NCBI GenBank assembly: GCA_029932545.1
Contig: JAOZPW010000001.1
Coordinates: forward strand, 2,006 to 66,005
Direction: 5' to 3'
Length of the DNA stretch: 64,000 bases
Source of the DNA: Thermoanaerobaculales bacterium
Lineage (GTDB): Bacteria; Acidobacteriota; Thermoanaerobaculia; Thermoanaerobaculales; Sulfomarinibacteraceae
The notes below the pieces were generated by a model. That model saw only the letters and a list, made by a program, of their open reading frames with translations, ran no database searches and was not told the origin of the DNA. Within the stretch, counting starts at the first letter, position 1. Each line of letters opens with the position of its first letter. Below are positions 8,729 to 18,177 of this stretch, piece after piece. Position numbers and translations under genes: made by a program.

Positions 8729-9076
8729 TTACCGAGTCTGATCAGGTTTCATCCCCAGTTGAACTCTGACAACTCGTTCAACGGATATCATGTCTGGCTG
8801 CGAAAGTTCACCGAGCCGCGTACCCAAACGCCCTTTGGTTACGGTTGCAATCTGATCGGCCATTGCCTTCCGCTGTTCGCCGTTGAGGTCCACGTAGGTT
8901 TCGCTGGGATACAACTTGGACACGTTACTTGTGAGCGGAACAACCTGGACTCGATTCAAATGCTGGTTGGCTGCATCATTACTGATGATGACGGCAGGCC
9001 TTCGCTTCCGAACTTCACCACCAAGTGATGGATCAAAATTGACCCACCACACCTCACCGCGTTTCATCAGCGACAT
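8729..9076 (-). CDS. mazF: cassette 2: MazF/PemK-family type II toxin (endoribonuclease)
   Basis: 115-aa ORF with the MazF/PemK N-terminal signature ([29 protein letters not shown]...VVPLTS). It overlaps the upstream antitoxin ORF by 23 bp. Confidence 0.85.
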   Translation of the reverse strand: MSLMKRGEVWWVNFDPSLGGEVRKRRPAVIISNDAANQHLNRVQVVPLTSNVSKLYPSETYVDLNGEQRKAMADQIATVTKGRLGTRLGELSQPDMISVERVVRVQLGMKPDQTR

Positions 9077-9284
9077 CCATCATCGTGGTTTCTGCCCACT
9101 CCATTGCCTCTGTTTCGCGCTCTTCTTCCTGAGCCATTTCACGGTAGGCGGCAGACAACTCTTCCTCCACGACGTGGGGACGAACAAGTGATTCGATAAA
9201 ACGGCTAATTCGTCTTCGACCGACTATTCGGTGAAGACCGTGATAGACATGCTCGTCAACAGTGATGGTTAGCTTTTTTTGCAT
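9054..9284 (-). CDS. cassette 2: ribbon-helix-helix type antitoxin
   Basis: 76-aa ORF with N-terminal beta-strand/helix pattern [18 protein letters not shown] and an acidic C-terminal tail. It overlaps the mazF-like gene and has an AGGAGA RBS. Confidence 0.7.
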   Translation of the reverse strand: MQKKLTITVDEHVYHGLHRIVGRRRISRFIESLVRPHVVEEELSAAYREMAQEEERETEAMEWAETTMMDVADETR

Positions 9285-9296
9285 GGCCGTTCTCCT

Positions 9297-9333
9297 ATAC
9301 GTGTAATATACGTGTAATAGAGAATATTGGCAA
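9297..9333 (-). promoter_or_regulatory. cassette-internal sigma70-type promoter with tandem 11-bp operator-like repeats
   Basis: Minus strand reads TTGCCA (9333..9328), 17 nt, TATATT (9310..9305), then AGGAGA and ATG 9284. The tandem direct repeat ATACGTGTAAT x2 (9297..9307, 9308..9318) overlaps the -10 and the transcription start. Confidence 0.6.
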
Positions 9334-9357
9334 GGGGTTCACACCATCGATTCGACG

Positions 9358-9469
9358 GTCTAACGTTTGAGCTCAGCGGCGCTGGTTGTTGGCATGGCCG
9401 GTGCTTTTGGGTTTTCGTTTCGCACTAGACATGCCAACAGCCAGTGACCGCTGCAGTGATTTGTTAGGT
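9358..9469 (-). other. attC site (112 bp, long family) of cassette 1
   Basis: GTCTAAC (9358..9364) ... GCTCAGCGGCGCTGGTTGTTGGCATG ... CATGCCAACAGCCAGTGACCGCTGCAGTG-ATTT-GTTAGGT (9463..9469). The stop codon of ORF 9464..9901 lies inside R''. Confidence 0.85.
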
Positions 9470-9901
9470 TTCCTCCGGGGTTTCTGTTGACGTCCAGAGC
9501 TGTCCTGGACGAACTTCACAACAGTTGTAACACCCGCTTTTACCGTCACCCTTGTTGAACCAAACATGTTTCCATCCAACGGCATCACAAGAATCTGGGC
9601 GCAATTCTGACCAAAAGGCTTCTATGAATTCCGCTGGTTCCTGTGGTATCACTCTCATGGTGCTCGCGACCTCAACAACGTCGGTGCCGAGAGGATCTTC
9701 CAGTTCCTCTATCCAATACTCATCAAGGTATTCAATGCCAACGTCATCGGAACCGTACCGTTCAAAATCAGCGAGAATGACCTCCTCCGCTTTTGAACGA
9801 CTCTCTGCTTGAACAACCACCACGCGCTCCTCGTACCTGGTGATCTTGTTGGGATTCTCATTCCGAAACTGGAATAGACCCAACGCACTGAACCACTTCA
9901 T
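9464..9901 (-). CDS. cassette 1, distal ORF: hypothetical protein with Cys-rich C-terminus
   Basis: ORF 9464..9913 (TTG) trimmed to ATG 9901 (MKWFSALGLFQF...). The C-terminus carries SCDAVGW...SGCYNCCEV. Possibly DUF4288-like, recalled from memory only. Confidence 0.6.
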   Translation of the reverse strand: MKWFSALGLFQFRNENPNKITRYEERVVVVQAESRSKAEEVILADFERYGSDDVGIEYLDEYWIEELEDPLGTDVVEVASTMRVIPQEPAEFIEAFWSELRPDSCDAVGWKHVWFNKGDGKSGCYNCCEVRPGQLWTSTETPEET

Positions 9902-9995
9902 TAAACCGTCCAATCCTGAGCCTGAGGCCTAAGCTCTGCGGGCTTCCCCCGCATGGGTGAGGCCCACTGCAATGAAGTGTCACGCAGTGTCGCCA

Positions 9996-10394
9996 TTATG
10001 CCCCTTGGGACTTGAGTTCCGCCATCACTTCAGCGAGTCCTTCGTGGGCCGACTCATCTGCACCAAGATCAATCGCGCGCCGGAAAAACGGCTCCGCCTT
10101 TCCGGGGTCGGCGCAGATGGCGTCGTAGTAAAACCCAAGGCTCTCAAACGCCTCAGGGTCTTCGGGGTCGATCTCCGCTGCCCTGGTATAGCTGGCTTCT
10201 GCATCCTCGAGGCTGTAACGCCCCTCATCGTTGGATACCTGAATCAGATCACCTCTGAGGCACCAAAGCTCAATGGAATCTGGATGTACTTCCAAGGCGC
10301 GCTCGACAAGCTCAAGATCTTCGGCGCAGACGCAGTCATTCTTGGAGACGGTCTGGCCGATCTGGGCGGCAATCTCTTCTGGTTTCTCTTTCAT
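9996..10394 (-). CDS. cassette 1, proximal ORF: small TPR-like repeat protein
   Basis: ORF 9996..10403 (GTG) trimmed to ATG 10394, which has a GAAGG RBS at good spacing. Helical-repeat motifs are AEASYTRAAEIDPEDPEAFESLGFYY and AEPFFRRAIDLG. Confidence 0.65.
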   Translation of the reverse strand: MKEKPEEIAAQIGQTVSKNDCVCAEDLELVERALEVHPDSIELWCLRGDLIQVSNDEGRYSLEDAEASYTRAAEIDPEDPEAFESLGFYYDAICADPGKAEPFFRRAIDLGADESAHEGLAEVMAELKSQGA

Positions 10395-10403
10395 ACTGTT
10401 CAC

Positions 10404-10485
10404 ACCTTCGAATAGGAACCTAACTATGTAATTAGGTTGCAGAAACGCAACCTATTTCTCGGCGGATTGTTATGTTGCAGGGTGG
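10404..10485 (-). other. attI recombination region; predicted crossover box GTTAGGT
   Basis: ACCTAAC at 10418..10424 (minus strand GTTAGGT) lies inside the palindrome AACCTAA-CTATGTAA-TTAGGTT (10417..10438). A second inverted repeat AGGTTGC-AGAAAC-GCAACCT follows at 10434..10452. This is the space between the first cassette and intI. Confidence 0.6.
10423..10450 (-). promoter_or_regulatory. candidate cassette promoter (Pc) inside attI
   Basis: Minus strand reads TTGCGT (10450..10445), 16 nt, CATAGT (10428..10423), firing into cassette 1. Sequence match only. Confidence 0.3.
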
Positions 10486-10514
10486 TTGCTTTGTCCATGT
10501 CCCAAGATTACAAT
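10486..10514 (+). promoter_or_regulatory. candidate intI promoter
   Basis: TTGCTT (10486..10491), 17 nt, TACAAT (10509..10514), about 40 bp upstream of ATG 10554. Confidence 0.5.
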
Positions 10515-10553
10515 AGGTTGAGAGTCCCGTCCACGCTGCGGATAGGAAATTCG

Positions 10554-11573
10554 ATGAAAACAAATATTGCATCCGCAGCAACCAGGAAACCCAATCTTCT
10601 CGACCGAGTTCATGAAGTGGCGAGGGTTCGCCACCTTGCGTATCGGACAGAGCAGAGTTACGTCAACTGGATCAAGAGATTCGTTCTCTTTCACGATATG
10701 CGCCACCCTGCCCAAATGGGAAAAATCGAGGTGGAGGGTTTTCTCACCCACCTGGCTGTCCGCGATCGTGTGTCGGCCTCCACTCAGAATCAGGCACTTT
10801 CTGCCATCTTGTTCTTGTACAAACACGTTCTCAACCAGAAGCTGCCCTGGCTCGATGATGTCATCCGAGCCAAAAGACCCAAGCGTATTCCCATTGTCCT
10901 CTCGCGATCCGAAATAACCCGCCTGTTCGTCCACCTCGACGGAACTCCCCGCTTGGTTGCCGGCCTCTTGTACGGTTCTGGCCTTCGCTTGATGGAGGCT
11001 CTGCGTTTGAGAGTTCATGATCTCGATTTTGACTACGGTCAGATTCTCATTCGAGACGGGAAGGGCGGCAAGGATCGCCACACCGTTCTTCCTTCTGGGT
11101 TGATTCCCGACATCAAGCAACATTTGGTATTGGTCGAATCGATCCACCACAGCGACCTGGAACGAGGAGAAGGCCAGGTGAAGCTCCCCTCTGCGCTGGC
11201 AAGAAAGTACCCCACCCGCGCCACCGCGTGGGGTTGGCAATGGGTTTTCCCTTCTCCGACATTTTCATCCGACCCTCGTGACGGCATGGTTCGGCGCCAC
11301 CACCTCTACCACCAACGAATCCAACGCGCGGTTTCACACGCTGTCCGAGCAGCCATGCTCAACAAGACGGCAACCTGCCATACGCTCCGGCACTCGTTTG
11401 CGACCCATTTGCTCGAGGACGGTTACGACATCAGAACGGTGCAGGAACTCCTGGGCCACAAAGATGTCAAGACGACGATGATCTATACGCATGTGATGAA
11501 TAATGGCCGCTGCGGTGTGATCAGCCCGTTGGACAGGGGCCGAATCAAGGGGGGCCGAAGGGGTGATCCATAG
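10554..11573 (+). CDS. intI: integron integrase IntI (tyrosine recombinase)
   Basis: Recombinase boxes GLRLMEALRLRVHDLD, HTLRHSFATHLLEDG and LLGHKDVKTTMIYTHV, plus the IntI-specific insertion LPSALARKYPTRATAWGWQWVFPS. ORF 10437..11573 was trimmed to ATG 10554. Confidence 0.93.
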   Translation: MKTNIASAATRKPNLLDRVHEVARVRHLAYRTEQSYVNWIKRFVLFHDMRHPAQMGKIEVEGFLTHLAVRDRVSASTQNQALSAILFLYKHVLNQKLPWLDDVIRAKRPKRIPIVLSRSEITRLFVHLDGTPRLVAGLLYGSGLRLMEALRLRVHDLDFDYGQILIRDGKGGKDRHTVLPSGLIPDIKQHLVLVESIHHSDLERGEGQVKLPSALARKYPTRATAWGWQWVFPSPTFSSDPRDGMVRRHHLYHQRIQRAVSHAVRAAMLNKTATCHTLRHSFATHLLEDGYDIRTVQELLGHKDVKTTMIYTHVMNNGRCGVISPLDRGRIKGGRRGDP

Positions 11574-12326
11574 CTGCCGCAGGTTGATGTGGATCCTAAA
11601 ACCCTTGAAATAGGGATGTTGGCGGATCTCGCAACATCACATCCTCTGTTCGTTTGTGTCTCAATGAAGGCCATGAAGCCTCGGATCGAGTCTACCAGGG
11701 ATCAAAAGAGCCGAAGATCCAGAACCGGCCGCTGGCGCCGCCGCTGCACCCGTCACCGACGCGGTCGCTGTTCCTCATTCTGCCTACTGTCGCCGACTCT
11801 GCCTCTGTCGCTGCGTACTGAACCCGCCGCTGAATCTGCCGCTGTCCCAGACAGCTATCACGGCTTTCCAGCCCCGGCCTTCGGGGGCGCTTCAAGGTTA
11901 CCGTAAGCTCAACGACTGTCGATCGCCCCCGCTCGGTGCATTTTCCTCAAGGGGCTCCGTAACAGAAATCGGGGGGGAACCGCCCCTTGAGGAAAATGAC
12001 CTCGGCAGCCTACACCGTAGGCCGAGACTCGATTGCCGACGGTGCCGCCGTGGGTTGCCCGGTGTCGCCCTTCTTCGCATCGACGGCTCGGTTGGGGGTC
12101 CTGCCCGGTGAAGAGAGGGCGCACCCGGCACTCCCCGTCCAAGAGGGGCACTCCCGGTTTCCAGCGTCACAATAGAGCCTCTTGCAAGACTCCGAGAGTC
12201 ACGATGCGGGGCAGGAGCCCCGCGCTCCAACTTGCATTCCCGGCAAGCCTCTTTGTGGCTATTCCTCTGCGCCTCTGCGTTGATTTCCTGGCCCGAAGGG
12301 CCCCATGCAATTCGTTCGACGAATTG

Positions 12327-15155
12327 CTACAGTATCTCCCGCAAATACACCCCTGTATACGACTTCTCACACTCGGCGACCTGCTCAGGGGTTCCGGCGG
12401 CAACCAGGGTGCCGCCGCCGTCACCGCCTTCGGGGCCCAGGTCGATAATCCAGTCGGCGACCTTGACGACGTCCAAATTGTGTTCGATGACGACGATGGT
12501 ATTGCCTCGATCGACCAGAGCCCGGAGAACACCGAGCAATCTCCGGACGTCGTCAAAATGCAGTCCGGTGGTCGGCTCATCCAAGAGATAGAGGGTTGTC
12601 CCGGTTGCCCTCTTGGCCAACTCTCTCGAGAGCTTGACGCGTTGGGCCTCACCGCCCGAAAGGGTTGTCGCCGCCTGGCCCAGGTGGATATATCCCAATC
12701 CGACGGCGGTCAGGGTGTCGAGGACCCGTTTGACCTTGGGCACCGGATCAAAGACCTCACGGGCCTGGTCGATGGTCAGGTCGAGTACTTCGGCGATGTT
12801 GAGTCCCTTGTATCGGACCTCCAGGGTTTCCCGGTTGTAGCGGGAACCGTGGCAGACATCACAGGTGACGAAGACGTCGGCCAAAAAGTGCATCTCGATA
12901 CGAACCTGCCCCGCTCCCTGACAGGCCTCGCACCGTCCTCCCTTGACGTTGAAGCTGAATCTCCCGGGTTTGTAGCCTCGTGCCCGGGCCTCGGTGGTTC
13001 CGGCAAACAAGGACCGGATCGGGTCAAAGACCTTGGTGTAGGTTGCAGGATTTGACCGGGGCGTACGCCCGATGGGGCTCTGGTCGATAGCGATGACCTT
13101 GTCCAGGTTCTCGGCCCCCTCGATGGTGCCGTGCCTTCCGGGTCGGGCCATTGTCCCGTAGACTTCGCGCGCCACAGCTTTGTGGAGGATCTCATTGACG
13201 AGTGTTGATTTCCCCGACCCGGACACGCCGGTGACGCAGATCAGACACCCCAGGGGAAAGGCGACGTCAACGTCTTTAAGGTTGTGCTCGCGCGCGCCGT
13301 GAATGACCAGGTCTCGGCCGGTCCCGGGGTTTCGATGGGCAGGGACGGGAATCCTCTCGACACCGGACAAGTACCGACCGGTCAGACTCTCGGGGGCCTC
13401 CAGAATTACCTCCAGCGGGCCCTGGGCCACGACTTCGCCACCGTGACGACCAGCGCCAGGACCCATGTCGATCACCCAGTCCGCCTGGCGAATGGACTCT
13501 TCGTCATGTTCGACCACGACCACGGTGTTGCCGAGATCCCGCATGCCGAACAGGGTGTTCAAAAGCCTCTGGTTGTCTCGCTGATGAAGGCCGATCGAAG
13601 GCTCGTCCAATACGTACAAGACTCCCATCAGTTTTGATCCCACCTGGGTCGCTAATCGAATTCGCTGACTTTCGCCCCCAGAGAGCGTTCCTGCCATCCG
13701 GTCAAGACTCAGGTATTCCAGGCCGACCGACTCCAGGAACATCAGGCGGTCTCGGATCTCCCTCAAGACCTTGGTCGCGATCTTCTCGTCCCGGCCGGAC
13801 AGGCTGATGTCGGCAAACCAGGCCCGAGTCCGATGGATCGGCATGGCCGACACCTCGGAGATACCGGCGCCGTCGACGAGAACCGCCAGAGACTCGGGCC
13901 GAAGGCGTGCGCCGTTACACGACGAACAGGTGGTAAATGACATATAGCGCTCGAGCTCTCGCCGAATTTCTTCCGATGCCGTCTCGCCATACCGTCTTTC
14001 GATCCTCGGGACCAGTCCTTCCAATCGGTCCCGGAAGCGGTAGGCGCCCTTCTTGCCCTCCCATACGAAATCGAACTCGTCATCGGACCCGAAAAGAATC
14101 AAGCGGCGAATAGCTTCGGGAAGATCCCGCCACGGCGTTCTCAAGTCAAACCCGAGGGATGTTCCCAGTTGACCCAAGAGCCGACCAAACCACGAGGCGC
14201 CGCCATTGGTGACTGTCGCGAGGCACCCGGCGCCGATCGATCTGGTTGGATCCAGCACCAGCTTTTCGGGGTCGATCTCTCTCAGAAAACCCAGGCCCGA
14301 GCACTTCGGACACGCTCCCTGTGGCGAGTTGAAGGAGAAAAGGCGCGGCGAAACCTCCGACAGAGAAAAGCCACACTCCAAACAGGCCAGGAGCGACGAG
14401 AGTTGCATCTCCGGATGACCTTCGGCGGCAATGCGAACCAACCCCTGACCAACCTTGAGTGCGGTCTCCAGAGATGACGCCAACCGGCTCTTGACACCCT
14501 CCCTGACAGAGAGGCGATCAATGACCACCTCGATCGTATGTTTCCGCTTTTTGTCCAGCTCGGGTCTTTCGGCGATCTCGACAACTTCGCCGTCAACCCG
14601 CGCCCGAACGAATCCCTCCCGCCCCATCTGCTCGAACAGTTTTCGGTGTTCACCCTTGCGGTCCCTGATGAGGGGCGCCAGGACCAAAAACCGGCTGCCG
14701 TCGGGCAGGCCCAGGATCCGATCAACCATCTGGTCAACGGTTTGAGATTGGATCGGCGTGTGATGCACCGGGCAATGCGCCACGCCGATCGAGGCCCACA
14801 GCAGCCTCAGATAATCGTGAATCTCGGTAACGGTTCCGACGGTCGATCGGGGATTTTTTGACGTGGTCTTCTGTTCGATCGAAATGGCGGGGGAAAGACC
14901 TTCGATCAAATCAACGTCGGGCTTCTCCATCTGATCCAGAAACTGCCGGGCGTAGGCCGACAGACTTTCGACATAGCGTCGCTGTCCTTCGGCAAAGAGC
15001 GTATCGAATGCCAGGGAACTCTTGCCGGACCCCGAAACTCCGGTGATGACGACCAGTCGATTCCTGGGAATCGATACGTCGATATTCGCGAGGTTGTGTT
15101 CCCTCGCCCCTCGAATGACGATCTCGTCACGAATGCCGGTCGGCTCATGGTCCAT
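12327..15155 (-). CDS. uvrA: excinuclease ABC subunit A
   Basis: 942-aa ORF with two ABC ATPase modules ([32 protein letters not shown] signatures) and zinc-finger Cys pairs. Confidence 0.97.
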   Translation of the reverse strand: MDHEPTGIRDEIVIRGAREHNLANIDVSIPRNRLVVITGVSGSGKSSLAFDTLFAEGQRRYVESLSAYARQFLDQMEKPDVDLIEGLSPAISIEQKTTSKNPRSTVGTVTEIHDYLRLLWASIGVAHCPVHHTPIQSQTVDQMVDRILGLPDGSRFLVLAPLIRDRKGEHRKLFEQMGREGFVRARVDGEVVEIAERPELDKKRKHTIEVVIDRLSVREGVKSRLASSLETALKVGQGLVRIAAEGHPEMQLSSLLACLECGFSLSEVSPRLFSFNSPQGACPKCSGLGFLREIDPEKLVLDPTRSIGAGCLATVTNGGASWFGRLLGQLGTSLGFDLRTPWRDLPEAIRRLILFGSDDEFDFVWEGKKGAYRFRDRLEGLVPRIERRYGETASEEIRRELERYMSFTTCSSCNGARLRPESLAVLVDGAGISEVSAMPIHRTRAWFADISLSGRDEKIATKVLREIRDRLMFLESVGLEYLSLDRMAGTLSGGESQRIRLATQVGSKLMGVLYVLDEPSIGLHQRDNQRLLNTLFGMRDLGNTVVVVEHDEESIRQADWVIDMGPGAGRHGGEVVAQGPLEVILEAPESLTGRYLSGVERIPVPAHRNPGTGRDLVIHGAREHNLKDVDVAFPLGCLICVTGVSGSGKSTLVNEILHKAVAREVYGTMARPGRHGTIEGAENLDKVIAIDQSPIGRTPRSNPATYTKVFDPIRSLFAGTTEARARGYKPGRFSFNVKGGRCEACQGAGQVRIEMHFLADVFVTCDVCHGSRYNRETLEVRYKGLNIAEVLDLTIDQAREVFDPVPKVKRVLDTLTAVGLGYIHLGQAATTLSGGEAQRVKLSRELAKRATGTTLYLLDEPTTGLHFDDVRRLLGVLRALVDRGNTIVVIEHNLDVVKVADWIIDLGPEGGDGGGTLVAAGTPEQVAECEKSYTGVYLREIL

Positions 15156-15345
15156 GTCTCAAACTCCCCAGGGATCTAACCGGAAAATGGCCGGTTCTAT
15201 TCTCCATCAAGACTGGCTGAGTTCCAATACTGTCCGACGTACGCACCCGCTCACGGCCAGGATGGCCGCACCACAAAGGATCGAAAAATTGTGGTGCAGG
15301 CTTCCAGCCTGCTTGAGTTCTCAACTGAACAGTATTGGGCTTAGC

Positions 15346-15810
15346 TCAGGAGTCTCTCTCCTTCATCGCCTGGTCGGCTTCCCGATCCAATGTCCGTTGC
15401 CTCAGGGTCTCCCTCTTGTCGTGGAGTTGCTTGCCCCGGACGAGCGCCACCCGGACCTTGATCCAGTTCCCGTCAAGAACGACTTCGATCGGCACGACGG
15501 TCAGGCCCTTTTCCGCAACCTTGGACGCCAGGCGGAGAATCTGTCGCTTTTCCAAGAGGAGGCGCCGCCGTCTCAAGGGGTCGTGCCCCGAGTAGCCGGC
15601 ATGTTCGTAGGGGCTGATATGACAGCCCACCAGAAACGCTTCACCTCTCTTGAAGTCCACATGGGCCTCTTTGAGGTTGATTCTGCCGGCTCGAATGGCC
15701 TTGACCTCGGTGCCGACCAACTCGATCCCGGCCTCTACCGTCTCCAGAAGGTGGTAGTCGTGCCTGGCCTTCCGGTTGGTGGCTATGACTTTTCGTTGGC
15801 GGTCGACCAC
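15346..15810 (-). CDS. smpB: SsrA-binding protein SmpB
   Basis: 154-aa ORF: IATNRKARHDYHLLETVEAGIELVGTEVKAIR...KRE C-terminal tail. Confidence 0.95.
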   Translation of the reverse strand: MVDRQRKVIATNRKARHDYHLLETVEAGIELVGTEVKAIRAGRINLKEAHVDFKRGEAFLVGCHISPYEHAGYSGHDPLRRRRLLLEKRQILRLASKVAEKGLTVVPIEVVLDGNWIKVRVALVRGKQLHDKRETLRQRTLDREADQAMKERDS

Positions 15811-15811
15811 C

Positions 15812-17335
<1,524 letters not shown>

Positions 17336-17428
17336 ATTTTCAATCCTGGCCTCGATCCTACGGGAAACCCGCCCAAGAGGCAATGAACCCACCCCCGAAA
17401 GACTTGATTGGATGATAATATCGGTTCG

Positions 17429-17992
17429 ATGATTTCGTTGTTTTCTCTTGCCGTGGTGGCGACCCTGATAGCACCAGCCCCACTGACCGCCCACATCTCA
17501 CCGGAGCATCAATCCCTGGATGTCCGATTGGAACTCAATGTTCCGCTTCCGGATGTGTTCATGGACGCTCTTCCGTCGGGGGGCGTTGTCCGAGTGATAT
17601 ATCCCCTTCGAGTCCGTTCGAAACGGAGTTTCTGGTGGGACGGCCGCATATGGAAGGGTGAATTAACCAGCCAGGTTTCCTTTGACCCCATTACGGGCAG
17701 GTATCGCTGTAAATTGCTTCTCGATGAGATCGTTGTTGACTCGAAGGAAGTTGATACCATGAACAATGCCGTCACCTGGTTGAGAGCCCCACCATCGGTC
17801 CAACTGGTTCTTCGTGATGATTTTAAGAAACTGGATCGACTCTATCTTCGAGCCCGCGCCGTCTTTTCGACATCGACGACGTGGTTGGTTTTCCCTGATC
17901 GGGAAGGTACCGACTGGGTAACGGTTCCCGTCATCCAGGACCCGGTCGCGGCCAAGGAGCCGGGCAAAGCCCCTCATGCGGACTCCGGCTGA
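17429..17992 (+). CDS. DUF4390-like periplasmic protein
   Basis: First ATG of ORF 17408..17992. Signal-like N-terminus and the pattern RVIYPLRVRSKRSFWWDGRIW...FDPITGRYR, in the usual position upstream of an NtrY-type kinase. Confidence 0.6.
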   Translation: MISLFSLAVVATLIAPAPLTAHISPEHQSLDVRLELNVPLPDVFMDALPSGGVVRVIYPLRVRSKRSFWWDGRIWKGELTSQVSFDPITGRYRCKLLLDEIVVDSKEVDTMNNAVTWLRAPPSVQLVLRDDFKKLDRLYLRARAVFSTSTTWLVFPDREGTDWVTVPVIQDPVAAKEPGKAPHADSG

Positions 17993-18177
17993 CGCCATGC
18001 CTCTTAATCCGTATTTCTCACCAATGATCTGCTACGGAGCAAAATACGCAATAAGCTGTGGTGTTTTCTTGAATTCGCTCAATCAACATAGTGCGGACTA
18101 TGCCTCATTCGCTCATCCTGCGAAAAACACCACAGCTCACCACGTCTTTCGCACCTCGCGACGAAAACTGGTGAGAA

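Larger units (their letters stand above)
5624..11573. mobile_element. chromosomal integron: intI, attI and a six-cassette array
   Basis: intI lies on the plus strand. All cassette ORFs are on the minus strand, each followed by an RYYYAAC...GTTRRRY imperfect palindrome. The array ends in a truncated attC at 5624..5685. Confidence 0.9.

Noticed and set aside
8549-9469. Two ~111-bp near-identical repeats about 800 bp apart, plus a partial third at 5624, which superficially resemble a repeat-spacer array
   Set aside because: Not CRISPR. The repeats are far too long and widely spaced, are internally palindromic with RYYYAAC/GTTRRRY ends, and each follows an ORF. They are integron attC sites.
10437-10553. 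N-terminal 39-codon extension of the intI ORF (start at 10437)
   Set aside because: The extension overlaps the attI palindromes and the candidate promoter. IntI homology begins after ATG 10554, which also has the better RBS and promoter context.
10404-10553. LexA box controlling intI
   Set aside because: No GAAC-N4-GTTC (the motif upstream of this window's lexA) and no CTGT-N8-ACAG. The nearest look-alike, GGAACCTAACTATG, lacks the second half-site.
11574-12326. Possible tmRNA (smpB is nearby), RNase P RNA or SRP RNA in the non-coding region next to intI
   Set aside because: No tmRNA-like 5' GGGG...TTCGAC or 3' T-arm/ACCA end, and no alanine-rich tag frame ending in a stop. No GAGGAAAGTCCGGGC-type RNase P core and no SRP GGAA/AGCA helix 8 motif on either strand. 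The region is kept only as an unassigned structured region.
12033-13055. Long antisense ORFs inside real genes. Examples: 12033..13055 in uvrA, 15022..16044 over smpB/HD-GYP, 24732..25757 in trmFO, 30019..30852 in pdxS, 32804..33967 in gyrA, and 52813..53502 and 53604..54308 in atpD.
   Set aside because: These are GC-rich shadow frames with Arg/Pro/Gly/Ser-heavy translations and no recognisable motifs. The opposite strand encodes unmistakable conserved proteins.
15284-15312. Hairpin GCAGGCT-TCC-AGCCTGC downstream of smpB as a rho-independent terminator
   Set aside because: The T-run (plus-strand AAAAA at 15284..15288) is separated from the stem by 7 nt and is short. Plausible, but not well enough supported to list as a feature.
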